From Actinomycetota bacterium (GTDB lineage Bacteria; Actinomycetota; Acidimicrobiia; Spongiisociales; UBA4744), in assembly GCA_013152275.1 (NCBI GenBank), contig JAADGS010000032.1, forward strand, positions 1 to 43,925: 43,925 nucleotides of DNA. Reading direction: 5' to 3'. Shown one piece after another: positions 8,908 through 19,096 of this stretch. The notes under the pieces were generated by a model, which saw nothing but the letters and a program-made list of their open reading frames with translations, did not search any database and was not told where the DNA came from. Every line of letters starts with the position of its first letter. Within the stretch, counting starts at the first letter, position 1. The position numbers and the translations under genes were made by a program.

Positions 8908-9533
8908 CAGGAATGTGGTCCTTGCCTGCTGCAGTCGCCGAGGAACTCGTCGCTCAGATGCGGGCCCAACACGGCGAGTACGATCTGGACACCGTGGCGA
9001 ACCTGTTCGGGATCGTTTGGGTCCCCGACGATCTCGAGGTGCCCCATCCAGTGTTCGCCGATGATCCAGAGACCCTCGAGCAGTCCGGTGAACCACGGTT
9101 GTATCGAAGAGCGGATCACCCCTGCAGCGGCGAGCGATTCGGCAAACACGGTGAACTCTTCGAGGCGCCGGCGGTACACGGCGCGGTACCGATCCCGCAG
9201 CTGTGGGTCTCGGGCCAACAATGCGAGGAGTTCCCGCTGGAAGAACCGGTAACGCCGGTGCAGCTCGAATGTCCGCTCGAGGGTTTGGACGAGATCGCTC
9301 GCGGTGGGAGCCCGTCCTGGCGGGAGCTGCCACACCGTGTCCCAATCGTCGACCATGCGGTCGAAGAGGGTGCGGACGATCTCTTCCTTGTTGCGGTAGT
9401 GGTAGTAGAGGTTGCCGGGGCTGATCCCGATTTCCTGGGCGATGCGGTTTGTCGAGACCGCGGCCACCGTGTCCTTGTTGAACAGCTCGAGTGCCGCATC
9501 GACGATCGCATCTCGTGTGTCGACCGTTGCCAT
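8907..9533 (-). CDS. TetR/AcrR family regulator
   Basis: IVDAALELFN...IAQEIGISPGNLYYHYRNKEEI HTH. Confidence 0.92.
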   Translation of the reverse strand: MATVDTRDAIVDAALELFNKDTVAAVSTNRIAQEIGISPGNLYYHYRNKEEIVRTLFDRMVDDWDTVWQLPPGRAPTASDLVQTLERTFELHRRYRFFQRELLALLARDPQLRDRYRAVYRRRLEEFTVFAESLAAAGVIRSSIQPWFTGLLEGLWIIGEHWMGHLEIVGDPNDPEQVRHGVQIVLAVLGPHLSDEFLGDCSRQGPHS

Positions 9534-9570
9534 AGAGTATGTCCTCTAATTATTAGAGTATAAACTCTAA
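9533..9570 (-). promoter_or_regulatory. Two tandem palindromic TetR operators
   Basis: TAGAG-tatgtc-CTCTA (9533-9548) and TTAGAGT-ataa-ACTCTAA (9553-9570), 21-bp period, abutting the start codon. Confidence 0.75.
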
Positions 9571-10065
9571 CAGGCGAGACTCAGGACATCGTTGGCGTTG
9601 TGAGTCAAGTTCTCGTCCGTATCGAGGTCGAGAGATGGTGCGGAGGGCGGCTGCGAGCGGTTCGGGGGTGTCGGCGCGTCGATGGTGGTTCTTCCAGAAG
9701 GGAACTCTCCGTACGATCGGATGTCGCCGTGCGTCCGGGAGAACTTCCGCGTGGGTGTCAGGATGTCTCACCCTTCGAGCCAGGTCGCGGAACGCGGACG
9801 ACCCCTTTCCTCCAATGACGCACCAGGACTCGGGCACACCCCTGTCGGCAACATGTATCGGGGCTTTCACTCTGCCGTCGCGGACAAACGCTTGAGATTT
9901 GGGCCCGATGTGTCGAATACCGGATGTGATGATTCCTACTGGATGGGTCGAAACAGGTGTGCCGTGTTCGTCTGAACACCAGGTGAAGATGGCAGGGCGA
10001 CCGTTTTGATCCGGTGGAAGTCCTGTCGGTACAGTCCACCCGCGACGACATCTTTGGAGAAGGCA

Positions 10066-11931
10066 ATGCCTCGCAGCATCTGGATCGCACTCGCCGGCCT
10101 CACACTCGTTCTGAGTGCCTGCAGTATCCAGATCAACACGACGACGACAACTACTTCCGATGACTCCGGCACGAGCGCGCCGACCGACACGAATGTGCCG
10201 TCCGGCAATGCCGCCGCCACCGTCCCCGGTGGTGGTGCCGCCGGCTCGACCGGCGGGGCCGTCGACGCCAACGTGCAAGACGCCCGTGCCGCCATCGTCC
10301 GTGTCGTTGCCGGACCTTTCAACGATCCGCCCGAAGACGAGGCGTTGAATCCCGTCGCCGCCGCCGCCACCGGGTTCTTCATCGGCGTCGGCGGAAACAT
10401 CCTCACCACGAATCGTGCCGTCGCCGGTGCCGAGAACATCGACGTGTATCTCGCCGACGATCCACAACCGCACGCTGCCACGGTGAGAGCCATCGACGAG
10501 TGCTCCAACCTTGCCGTCATGTACACCGACATCACGGACACCCCGTTTCTCGACAATGTGGGGGAACACGTCGCTGTCGGCACACACGTCAGCATCGGCG
10601 GGTATCCGCAGGACACGTCCGAGTACACCGTCACCGACGGGACCGTCACCGGTATCGACCTCAGGGGGCAAACCACCTGGTTCGACATCGACAGCGACGC
10701 CCTCTTGAGCCTCAGCGTGCCAACCCGGGCTGGAGAAGGCGGTGCACCCGTCATGATCGACGACGGTTCCGTTGTCGCCATCATCCTGCCCGTCGATGGC
10801 ACGGGCACCTTCGCCGTCCCCTTCTGGGCCATCGGCGCGGGGATCTCCGATCTCGAACTGGGCGGTCGCTCCGGTGGCAGCCCGCTGATCACCATCGGTC
10901 TCAACACCGTTCCCTATCGCGATCCGGCCAACACCTCCGGTCCCGACGGCCTCTGGGTACGTGCCGTGGTTCCAAACAGCGCCGCCGATCAGATCGCCCT
11001 TCAACCCGGCGACATCATCGTCTCCATCGACGGGCGTGAAACTGCCTCCGAACGCGGCTTCGACAACTACTGCATCGCCCTCCACGATCACAATGCCATC
11101 GAGCCCATCCCCATCGTCGTCTACAGGCCCGGCGACGACCTGTTCTACGAGGGGGTCCTTGGTACCGACGTGGTCCTCGGCTCCAACGGGCAACACTGGA
11201 GCAATGCCGGCGCGCCGCAGCCGACGGGTACAACGACGGTGACGAAGCCGCTGCCGCCTCCCACCACCACGACGGTGACGAAGCCGCTGCCGCCTCCCAC
11301 CACCACGACGTTGCCCACCTTCGGGCCGCCGCCCGGTAACGACAACGGCGGTTTCGACTGGATCAAGAACACCGGTTTCTACCTGCTGCCCGCAGAACCG
11401 TACCCGGCTGCCTACGACTCGGTGGACGACGCTCACCATGTCATCCACGCCGTGAAACCCGACGAATGGGGGCTCGAGCTCTCCGTCGATGCCACACCCA
11501 TCTACGGGTCACCCGACGGGCCGTACGGCACCGGCGTGCAGTTGTACGTGATCGGCTCCGACACCATCGGCGACTACACCACCGACTGGACCACCCCCGG
11601 CTACCAGATGGGTATCGCGCACAAGACTCCGTACGACTCATGGACCCCCGAAATGTGGGTCAGATCCCGCGACTGGTCCGACCGGTGCACGGAGGGAGGC
11701 ATCGGTGTCTACGACGACGGCACCTACAACGGCCTGTACCGATTCTGGCACCACTGCAAAACCGACTATCTCGATGCCGTCAAGCTGGACATTGCGGCAT
11801 GGAACGCCGACCACAGCGTCATCATCTGGATTTCCGGACTCATGTTCAGCGAACCGGACTACGACGCGTTCTCCAAAGCCCTCGACGAGCACACCTTCGA
11901 TACGGCTCGGCTTACCTCCGAAGGCTATTGA
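10066..11931 (+). CDS. Lipoprotein with trypsin-like (S1C) and PDZ domains, degenerate catalytic triad
   Basis: Lipobox LSAC. ATGFFI...TTNRAV, ECSNLAV and GEGGAP replace TNNHV, SDLAV and GSSGGP. PDZ-like LQPGDIIVSIDG. GGAG SD. Confidence 0.8.
   Translation: MPRSIWIALAGLTLVLSACSIQINTTTTTTSDDSGTSAPTDTNVPSGNAAATVPGGGAAGSTGGAVDANVQDARAAIVRVVAGPFNDPPEDEALNPVAAAATGFFIGVGGNILTTNRAVAGAENIDVYLADDPQPHAATVRAIDECSNLAVMYTDITDTPFLDNVGEHVAVGTHVSIGGYPQDTSEYTVTDGTVTGIDLRGQTTWFDIDSDALLSLSVPTRAGEGGAPVMIDDGSVVAIILPVDGTGTFAVPFWAIGAGISDLELGGRSGGSPLITIGLNTVPYRDPANTSGPDGLWVRAVVPNSAADQIALQPGDIIVSIDGRETASERGFDNYCIALHDHNAIEPIPIVVYRPGDDLFYEGVLGTDVVLGSNGQHWSNAGAPQPTGTTTVTKPLPPPTTTTVTKPLPPPTTTTLPTFGPPPGNDNGGFDWIKNTGFYLLPAEPYPAAYDSVDDAHHVIHAVKPDEWGLELSVDATPIYGSPDGPYGTGVQLYVIGSDTIGDYTTDWTTPGYQMGIAHKTPYDSWTPEMWVRSRDWSDRCTEGGIGVYDDGTYNGLYRFWHHCKTDYLDAVKLDIAAWNADHSVIIWISGLMFSEPDYDAFSKALDEHTFDTARLTSEGY
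11233..11310 (+). repeat. 36-bp in-frame tandem duplication in a Pro/Thr linker
   Basis: ACGACGGTGACGAAGCCGCTGCCGCCTCCCACCACC x2 plus a partial copy (TTVTKPLPPPTT). Confidence 0.9.
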
Positions 11932-12275
11932 TACCGTCATGATGGTGTATGAGATGGACATGTCCTCGTACTCGAGAGCAGGTTTGCGTCTCGCTACACC
12001 GACGCGACCGCCAAAGGATCGACAAGTTCTCCCAGCCGCACGACCGTCCATCGGTGCGACGATCATCGACCGGCAGATTCGTCCGCGGAACGACACAAAG
12101 GCGGGTGTCGCGGGTGTCCTCGATACTCCGGCGAGAACCCCGTTGTCTGCCCACACCGCATCCGTCGTGAGCGGCGGTCGCCTGCTGTCGGGGATCGATC
12201 ACGAAGCCAGGATCCGGCACACCGGCAAAGGTATGGTGCTGCAACCACGGAACAGTATCTGACAAGGAGAGTGAT

Positions 12276-13727
12276 ATGCGGATCAGGAAACTACATCTCG
12301 CGCTGATGGCCGTGGCGCTTGTCGCCGCCTCCTGTAGCGCCGAATTCAGCATCGGGGACAACCTGGACGACACGTCCGCCGATGGTGGAGGACAGGCAGT
12401 CGACAGTCTGGACCGTGTCCAGGACGCGGTCGTACGCATCGTCGCACATGGCAGTTTCGTGGAACCGGGCGAAGGCACCATGTACAACACGGCAGGATCC
12501 GGCTCCGGGTTCATCGTTGACGAGTCCGGCATTGCCGTCACCAACAACCACGTGGTCGCCGGTGCAGCCTTCTTGGACGTGTTCGTGAATGGGGAGGTCG
12601 AGCCTCGCAACGCCAAGGTCCTCGGTGTATCCGAATGCTCCGACCTGGCCGTCATCGATATCGACGGTGAGGGGTATGCGTATCTCGAGTGGTCCAGCGA
12701 TCCGATCGTGGCCGGCGAGAAGATCTACGCTGCGGGGTTCCCGCTCGGTTCCGCCGAGTACACACTGCTGGACGGGATCGTCTCCAAGGCGAAAGCGGAT
12801 GGCGAGTCCGACTGGTCGTCGGTCGATCATGTGATCGAGCATTCCGCGGACACGCTTCCCGGCTCATCGGGCGGTCCAATCGTCACCGAGAACGGCAACA
12901 TAGTTGCCGTCAACTACGCCGGCGACTCTGCCGGCCAATCGTACGCGATCGGCCGTGACGAGGCGCTCTCCGTTCTCGATCAACTCAAAGCCGGCGAGAA
13001 TGTCACCTCCCTCGGCATCAACGGGCAGGCGATCAGCCAGGACGGCGTGTCCGGCGTCTTCGTCAACTCGGTCGTCTCCGGCAGCCCCGCAGGAAACGCC
13101 GGTGTCAGACCCGGCGATATCGTCACCCTCATCGAAGGGATCGTCCCTGCCACCGACGGCACCATGGCCGACTACTGCGACGTGCTTCGCAGCCGCAACG
13201 CCACCGATGCGATCTCCATCGAGGTGTACCGGCCCGACACGGACCTGTTCTACGAAGGTGTCCTCAACTCGGGTGAGAAACTCGCCGCCGAGGATGTTCC
13301 CGTAACGAACCCCCCGGCCACGGAGCCCACGGCGGCTGCATCACCGAGTCAGGACGACGTGTACGAGTACCTGCAGCTCTGGCCCGGCACCTGCTTCGAC
13401 GACGAAGGGATCGACCTCGACGCCGGCTACATCACACCCGTGGACTGTAACCAGGCACACGACAATGAGGTGATCGCCATCATCCAGTTCGATTCTTCCC
13501 GCCCGTGGCCTGGCGCCGACACGCTCCAAGAAGAATCGGACACAGAGTGCGCCGGTTCCGTCTTCGAAGACTTCGTTGGCGTTCCCTATGACGACTCGGC
13601 ACTGTACGTCGAATCGATCCCTGCCCCCCGGGGCGACTGGGACTCAGGCATGGCCTATGCCATCTGCGTCGCCTACGACGTGGACTGGGATCCCATCACC
13701 GGCAGTGTCTACCAGTCCGGCTACTAG
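12276..13727 (+). CDS. Lipoprotein HtrA-like serine protease (trypsin + PDZ) with C-terminal septum-formation-like Cys domain
   Basis: Lipobox AASC; GSGFIV, TNNHVV, SDLAV and PGSSGGP; PDZ; GTCFD...VDCNQAHDNEV...C...ICV. AAGGAG SD. Confidence 0.88.
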   Translation: MRIRKLHLALMAVALVAASCSAEFSIGDNLDDTSADGGGQAVDSLDRVQDAVVRIVAHGSFVEPGEGTMYNTAGSGSGFIVDESGIAVTNNHVVAGAAFLDVFVNGEVEPRNAKVLGVSECSDLAVIDIDGEGYAYLEWSSDPIVAGEKIYAAGFPLGSAEYTLLDGIVSKAKADGESDWSSVDHVIEHSADTLPGSSGGPIVTENGNIVAVNYAGDSAGQSYAIGRDEALSVLDQLKAGENVTSLGINGQAISQDGVSGVFVNSVVSGSPAGNAGVRPGDIVTLIEGIVPATDGTMADYCDVLRSRNATDAISIEVYRPDTDLFYEGVLNSGEKLAAEDVPVTNPPATEPTAAASPSQDDVYEYLQLWPGTCFDDEGIDLDAGYITPVDCNQAHDNEVIAIIQFDSSRPWPGADTLQEESDTECAGSVFEDFVGVPYDDSALYVESIPAPRGDWDSGMAYAICVAYDVDWDPITGSVYQSGY

Positions 13728-13750
13728 AACCCCCATCTGCCCTGAGAACA

Positions 13751-13776
13751 CGGGGGGCTCCCTCGGGAGCCCCCCG
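13751..13776 (+). terminator. GC-rich hairpin after the protease gene
   Basis: CGGGGGGCTCC-ctcg-GGAGCCCCCCG, 24 nt after the stop, in a convergent intergenic region. Confidence 0.7.
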
Positions 13777-13970
13777 GTCCGTTCGTGCAGCATCCAACTC
13801 ACAGGTCACGCTATCTCGGCATCCGGAGAAGCCGGCCCGGATCGGCAGGCCGGTCGCCCACGATCGGCGAGAGTGCCGGGCTCCCGTATCACGGCGCCGC
13901 CGAGTTCGTTCCTCACCAAGCCTGCAAACGGTGGTATCAACCCTGTCGGTGATTCGGCGCCGGCGGGGTG

Positions 13971-15458
13971 TCAGTCGTAGTGGCGTTTTGGTTTGGCGAA
14001 GCGGACGGTGAGGTCCCGGCCGTCCAGCATCGAACCGTGCAGCGCTTCGATCGCGGTCCGAGCGGCCGGCTGGGGCATGTCGACGAAGCCGAATCCTTTC
14101 GAGCGTCCTGTCCGCCGGTCGGTGATGATGGTGGTTTGGTGGACTTCGCCGTAGCGTGCGAACAGCGTTTGCACGTCGTCGACGGTGGCTTCCCACGGTA
14201 GGTTCGCGATGTAGACGCTCGGCCCGCCGTCGCCTGGGTGATGCGGCTTCCTCTGGGGGCGTGCGTCCGGGCGCGTGGTCGGAGCTTGTCGCCTTGGCCC
14301 TACCGGCGCAGGCTCGCCGACCCGGTGCCCACCGTGGTTGAGCGCCTCGAGTCGGGGCGCCTCGATGGGTGCATGAAGGTCGAGGTCCCGTTGCATGCGG
14401 CGGACGTTCCGCTGCTGGTCGCCGGTCACGAGGCTGACGACCGTTCCGGTGGCACCGGCGCGAGCGGTGCGGCCCGAGCGATGCAGATAGTCCTTGGAGT
14501 CGCCAGGCGGATCGAAGTGGATCACCGAGGCGACCGCGTCGATGTGGATTCCTCTCGCCGCGACATCAGTGGCGATCAGCGCCTGGGAGCGACCGGACGA
14601 GAACGATTGGAGGGCCCTGGTCCGCTGGTTCTGGGAGCGTCCGCCGTGCATGGCGACTGCATTGATTCCCAGCTTGGAGAGCTGTTTGACGAGTCGGTCG
14701 GCACCGTGACGGGTACGGGTGAACACGATGGAGCGGCCTGCCGCCTCGATCAGGTCGGCGGTGTGCTGCACACGGTCGTGGTGTTGCACGAGCCAGAAGT
14801 GGTGCCGGACGTCGACCGTTTCGGGCTCCACCGTCCCCGCCTCGTGGCGGACAGGATCCCGCTGGTAATCGCGGCTCAAGACGGCCACGTCCCCATCGAG
14901 CGTCGCCGAGAACAACAGTGTTTGCCGTTGCTTCGACGTCTGATCGAGAATACGTCGCACGGCAGGGAAGAACCCCATATCGGCCATTCGGTCTGCCTCG
15001 TCGACCACGACGATATCGACCTTGCGCAGGTCCACGGAGCCTTGCTCGATGAGGTCCTCGAGCCTTCCGGGGGTTGCTACCAGAACATCGACGCCGCGCC
15101 GCAACGCGCCTTTCTGGGGACCGTATCCCACACCGCCATAGATGGCGAACACACGGCGGCCGACCGCCTGAGCCAGCGGAACGAGTTCGCGTTTGATCTG
15201 CTCGGCGAGCTCTCGCGTGGGAGCCAGGATCAGCGCCCGGGGCCGGTACGCGTTCGCCCTGTCCACCTTGGTGAGCAGCGGGAGGCCGAATGCGAGGGTC
15301 TTGCCGGATCCGGTCGGTGCCCTGCCGGACACATCTTTGCCGGCGAGAGCATCGGGGATCGTGACTGTTTGGACGGGGAAGGGTTCGACGATGTTGCCCT
15401 TGGCGAGTGCGCGCACGAGCGTGTCGGGTAGCCCAAGTTGGGCGAACGTGGTTGTCAT
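13971..15458 (-). CDS. DEAD-box RNA helicase with C-terminal RRM domain
   Basis: Q motif, APTGSGKT, PTRELA, DEAD, SAT, ARGIH and HRSGRTAR. C-terminal VYIANLPW...RSKGFGFV (RNP2/RNP1). AGGAG SD. Confidence 0.93.
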   Translation of the reverse strand: MTTTFAQLGLPDTLVRALAKGNIVEPFPVQTVTIPDALAGKDVSGRAPTGSGKTLAFGLPLLTKVDRANAYRPRALILAPTRELAEQIKRELVPLAQAVGRRVFAIYGGVGYGPQKGALRRGVDVLVATPGRLEDLIEQGSVDLRKVDIVVVDEADRMADMGFFPAVRRILDQTSKQRQTLLFSATLDGDVAVLSRDYQRDPVRHEAGTVEPETVDVRHHFWLVQHHDRVQHTADLIEAAGRSIVFTRTRHGADRLVKQLSKLGINAVAMHGGRSQNQRTRALQSFSSGRSQALIATDVAARGIHIDAVASVIHFDPPGDSKDYLHRSGRTARAGATGTVVSLVTGDQQRNVRRMQRDLDLHAPIEAPRLEALNHGGHRVGEPAPVGPRRQAPTTRPDARPQRKPHHPGDGGPSVYIANLPWEATVDDVQTLFARYGEVHQTTIITDRRTGRSKGFGFVDMPQPAARTAIEALHGSMLDGRDLTVRFAKPKRHYD

Positions 15459-15719
15459 GATGACTCCTGGTCCCGAAGGGGAAGATAGGTGAATGTGCCG
15501 ATCTCTCGCTCGACCGCGCGGCGCCCATCGCCTACGGGATCGAGAGTCGGCCGAAGAGGCAGTCCAACCGTATGAGAAACAAGCCGTGTAACCACCGGGG
15601 AAGCGACTATACGCTGGCCTCCACCCGGTGCGGCCTGTGCAACGATAGCAGGGATTCGGGGTTGCACGGCCGGCCGCTCCAGCCGGATGCATTCAACGCG
15701 GGCACGTGCCCGCCGACGG

Positions 15720-16304
15720 TCACGTGGCGAGAACCGGTGCCAGGGTGCTCGTGACGAGATGATCCACGTAGGTGTCGGTGATCTCGTCGTGGTACAGGAG
15801 CCGCCGGAGGTAGAGGGGGCCGATCAGACGGTCGGCGAGCAGGTCGATGTCTGCGCCGCGGACGATCGATCCCTCTTCGAGACCGATGTGGAGGAGATCC
15901 CTCAGCAACTTCGGTCCGAACGCCGTCATCCGCTCGAGCGCGGCAAACACGTCCTCGTCCCATTCGGCAAGGCTGATCATTGCCGTGACGATCTGTCCGC
16001 TGTCACCGTTGAGAGCGGCAGCGAACGTCCGCAGAAGTCCGGTCACCCGATCGGAGATGGGGAGGTTCGCCGGAGGAGGGGCCGGGTGGAGGTCGGCTCC
16101 CCGGCGCAGGAGGTCGAGGAGGATATCGGAGCGGTCGGGCCAGTGGCGGTAGACCGTGGCCCTGGCGACACCGGCCGCGTCGGCGACCCGCAGGTGGGTC
16201 ACCGCTTCGGGGCCGTGTTCCGAAAGCAGCCGACGGGCCGCATCGAGCATGAGGCGGCGAGTGCGTTGAACCTGCGGGTTGGTCCGGCGTTCAGAGCTGG
16301 GCAT
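15720..16304 (-). CDS. TetR/AcrR family regulator, divergent from MMPL
   Basis: VADAAGVARATVYRHWP HTH; GGAGG SD. Confidence 0.9.
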   Translation of the reverse strand: MPSSERRTNPQVQRTRRLMLDAARRLLSEHGPEAVTHLRVADAAGVARATVYRHWPDRSDILLDLLRRGADLHPAPPPANLPISDRVTGLLRTFAAALNGDSGQIVTAMISLAEWDEDVFAALERMTAFGPKLLRDLLHIGLEEGSIVRGADIDLLADRLIGPLYLRRLLYHDEITDTYVDHLVTSTLAPVLAT

Positions 16305-16322
16305 GTGGTACCTCCACATACA

Positions 16323-16358
16323 TGATATGGTCTGTCTCGCTTAAGTCAGTTTGTCTCA
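16323..16358. promoter_or_regulatory. Two imperfect TGAGACA-N3-TGTCTCA operator-like sites
   Basis: TGATATG-gtc-TGTCTCG and TAAGTCA-gtt-TGTCTCA in the 69-bp tetR/MMPL divergent gap. Confidence 0.5.
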
Positions 16359-16373
16359 TTTGGGGAGTTCTTC

Positions 16374-18680
16374 ATGCTCACACGCCTCGGTCGGTTCGCC
16401 GCGTCCCATCCGTGGCGATTCATTGCCGCCTGGCTCTTGACGGTAGCCGTGCTCGTCGGCACCGTCCTCGGCGTGGGACAGGCCTTCACTTCCAGCATCA
16501 CTGCTCCAGCGTCGGAGAGTAGTGAAGGTCTGGGCATCCTCGCGACCGAGTTTCCGCATGCAGGAGGCGATCCGGCGACGATCGTGTTCCGGGCCGAACA
16601 GGGTGTCGACAATTCGGATGTGCGAACAGCGATGTCCGAGCTCTTCGAGAGAACGAAGCAGATCGAGGGCGTCGTCAACGTCGTCAGCCCGTACTCACCG
16701 ATCGGGGACAGCCAGATCTCGACGAGCGGCGAGAGCGCGGGAAAGATCGCTTATGCACAGCTCGTCCTGGATGCGGCCACCACGACTGGCGAAGGTGCCA
16801 GGATTGGGGAGGAGATCATATCGATGGCCCCCGAGATCGACGGGTTCGAGTTGGCTCTCGGCGGTGACGTGTTCCGCCATCGCGAACCTCCGAGTTCGGA
16901 GACTCTCGGCCTGGCGTTCGCCATGTTCGTATTGATCGCGGCGTTCGGATCCGTGCTCGCAATGGGCCTCCCCGTCGCGACGGCACTCGCCGGGGTGGGA
17001 ACCGGCGTGCTGATCACGGCGCTGGTGAGCAACATCATCGAGATGCCCGACTTCGCCGCGACGATCGGCATCATGATCGGCCTCGGGGTCGGCATCGACT
17101 ATGCGTTGTTCATCGTTACTCGGCATCGGGAGTACCTCGGCCGCGGGATCTCCGTTGTCGACTCGGCCGCGGCTTCGCTCAACTCCGCGGGTCGCGCCGT
17201 GCTGTTCGCCGGTGTCACCGTCGTCGTCTCGCTTCTCGGTATGTTGCTGATGGGCGTCTCGTTCATCACAGGTCTCGCCGTTGCCGCATCGACGACCGTG
17301 CTGGTCACGATGGTCGCGTCGGTCACCCTGCTTCCCGCCCTCATCGGTCTTGGAGGGCATCGCATCGAGGTGACACGCCGCGGTGGCCTGCTCGCCTCCG
17401 TGCTCGTGGCGACCGCCCTGATCGGCGTGGCACTCGACATCCCGGCGCTCAGGGCAGCACTCATTCTCGCCATTGCCGCCGTTATCGCAGGGCGCTTCTG
17501 GGGACCGCTCAAGAGGCGCGTCGTGATCTCGTCCGGCAAACCCATCGAAGAGACCGCCTTCTACCGGTGGAGTCGCTTCGTCCAGCGCAGAGCAGGAATC
17601 ATCACCGTGATGGGCATCGTCGTGCTCGCCATCGTTGCCATTCCCGTCCTCTCCGTTCAGCTCGGGTTTGCCGACGCGAGCAACGATCCTGTGGGGACGA
17701 CGACACGGGAGGCTTCCGATCTGCTCACCGAAGGCTTCGGGCCGGGCGCGAATGGGCCGTTGCTTCTCATCGGCGAGTTGTCGAGGGGGATAGATCTCAA
17801 GGCACTCCAAGGTGTGACGAACACGCTCGGGGAAGTGGACGGGGTCGCCCGGGTGTCCCGGCCCATTCTCAACGACCCACGGCAGCCGACCGCCGTCCTT
17901 TGGCAGGTGATTCCCGAGACTTCACCGCAGGATGAGGCAACCACCGATCTCGTTCACGATCTCCGCGACGACGTCATCCCGCAGATCGACCGGACGGTGG
18001 GGACCGATCTCAGGGTCACCGGGCCGGTCGCCGCGAATCTCGACTTTTCCGAGTACCTGTCTCGGCGGATCTGGTACTTCTACGGGGCCGTCCTGTTCAT
18101 CTCGTTCCTGTTCCTCATGGGGGTGTTTCGCTCGGTGCTCGTTCCGGCGAGCGCGGTCGTGATGAACCTGCTCGCGATCAGCGCCGCCTACGGCATCGTC
18201 GTAGCGGTGTTCCAGTGGGGATGGGGCGGCGGACTCCTGGGCATCGCTCCCGGTCCGATCGAGCCATTCATCCCGATGATGCTGTTCGCTATCGTCTTCG
18301 GGCTCTCGATGGACTACGAGGTGTTCCTGCTGACCCGTATTCGTGAGGAGTACGACCGACACGGTGACAACAGCGCGGCCGTGTCCGACGGATTGACCGT
18401 CACGGCGCGGGTCATCACGGCGGCGGCACTGATCATGGTCTTCGTTTTCGGCAGCTTCCTGCTCGAGGACACCAGAACGGTCAAGATCCTCGGGCTGGGT
18501 CTCGCCGCAGCGGTCGCCATCGACGCGACCCTGGTGCGGATGCTGCTCGTGCCCGCCACGATGGAGCTGTTCGGAAAGAAGAACTGGTGGATTCCCCGCC
18601 GGCTCGACCGTATGCTTCCAAACCTGGTCGTCGAGCCCGAACAAGTGGAATCGCAGGCACGCCAGGAGTCTGCCGAGTGA
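16374..18680 (+). CDS. MMPL (RND superfamily) transporter
   Basis: GLGVGIDYALF, FGLSMDYEVFL, ITAAALIM and DATLVRMLLVPA motifs; two TM blocks. Confidence 0.93.
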   Translation: MLTRLGRFAASHPWRFIAAWLLTVAVLVGTVLGVGQAFTSSITAPASESSEGLGILATEFPHAGGDPATIVFRAEQGVDNSDVRTAMSELFERTKQIEGVVNVVSPYSPIGDSQISTSGESAGKIAYAQLVLDAATTTGEGARIGEEIISMAPEIDGFELALGGDVFRHREPPSSETLGLAFAMFVLIAAFGSVLAMGLPVATALAGVGTGVLITALVSNIIEMPDFAATIGIMIGLGVGIDYALFIVTRHREYLGRGISVVDSAAASLNSAGRAVLFAGVTVVVSLLGMLLMGVSFITGLAVAASTTVLVTMVASVTLLPALIGLGGHRIEVTRRGGLLASVLVATALIGVALDIPALRAALILAIAAVIAGRFWGPLKRRVVISSGKPIEETAFYRWSRFVQRRAGIITVMGIVVLAIVAIPVLSVQLGFADASNDPVGTTTREASDLLTEGFGPGANGPLLLIGELSRGIDLKALQGVTNTLGEVDGVARVSRPILNDPRQPTAVLWQVIPETSPQDEATTDLVHDLRDDVIPQIDRTVGTDLRVTGPVAANLDFSEYLSRRIWYFYGAVLFISFLFLMGVFRSVLVPASAVVMNLLAISAAYGIVVAVFQWGWGGGLLGIAPGPIEPFIPMMLFAIVFGLSMDYEVFLLTRIREEYDRHGDNSAAVSDGLTVTARVITAAALIMVFVFGSFLLEDTRTVKILGLGLAAAVAIDATLVRMLLVPATMELFGKKNWWIPRRLDRMLPNLVVEPEQVESQARQESAE

Positions 18681-19039
18681 CGCCCACACCTGGCACACGG
18701 CACTTGGTGTTCCGTGCTGCAACCTCCGACCGAAAGGCGAGGGGTGACCGCCGCTGCTGTTGCCGGGGGCTTCGAATGGTCGCGGGACGCAGTAAACGGT
18801 CCCGGATCACCCTGACCCGATCCGGTGAGGGGTGTCGGGTTGCTCTGTGTCGATGGGCGATCGAGGGTCCGCAGGATGTGTGCCAAGCAGTACGGGCCCA
18901 CTCCCCGGACGAAACGGGCCGAAGTGAGCATTCGAGTCTCGGGTATCGTCCTCGCCACGGACGGCACCCGTGCTGCCGGCCGGTCGTGGCCGCGGACACC
19001 CGTGGTCGAAATGCATCCCGCAAACCACGTCCTGAAACG

Positions 19040-19069
19040 GATGGTCGCCTCCCCAGGGAGGCGACCATC
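19040..19069 (-). terminator. Hairpin terminator downstream of the merA transcript (possibly bidirectional)
   Basis: GATGGTCGCCTCCC-ca-GGGAGGCGACCATC, perfect 14-bp arms. Confidence 0.75.
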
Positions 19070-19096
19070 GGCTCTTTGAGCGGTTTAACGTCCTGC

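Noticed and set aside
9571..10065. Riboswitch or small gene in the 500-bp intergenic region
   Set aside because: No consensus I could recognise; an Rfam search is needed.
9553..11448. 631-aa minus-strand ORF
   Set aside because: Antisense shadow of the pseudoprotease gene in high-GC DNA; no motifs.
18681..19039. Island boundary or gene remnant after MMPL (also 30708-31121)
   Set aside because: No matching direct or inverted repeat found by eye and no recognisable protein motif.
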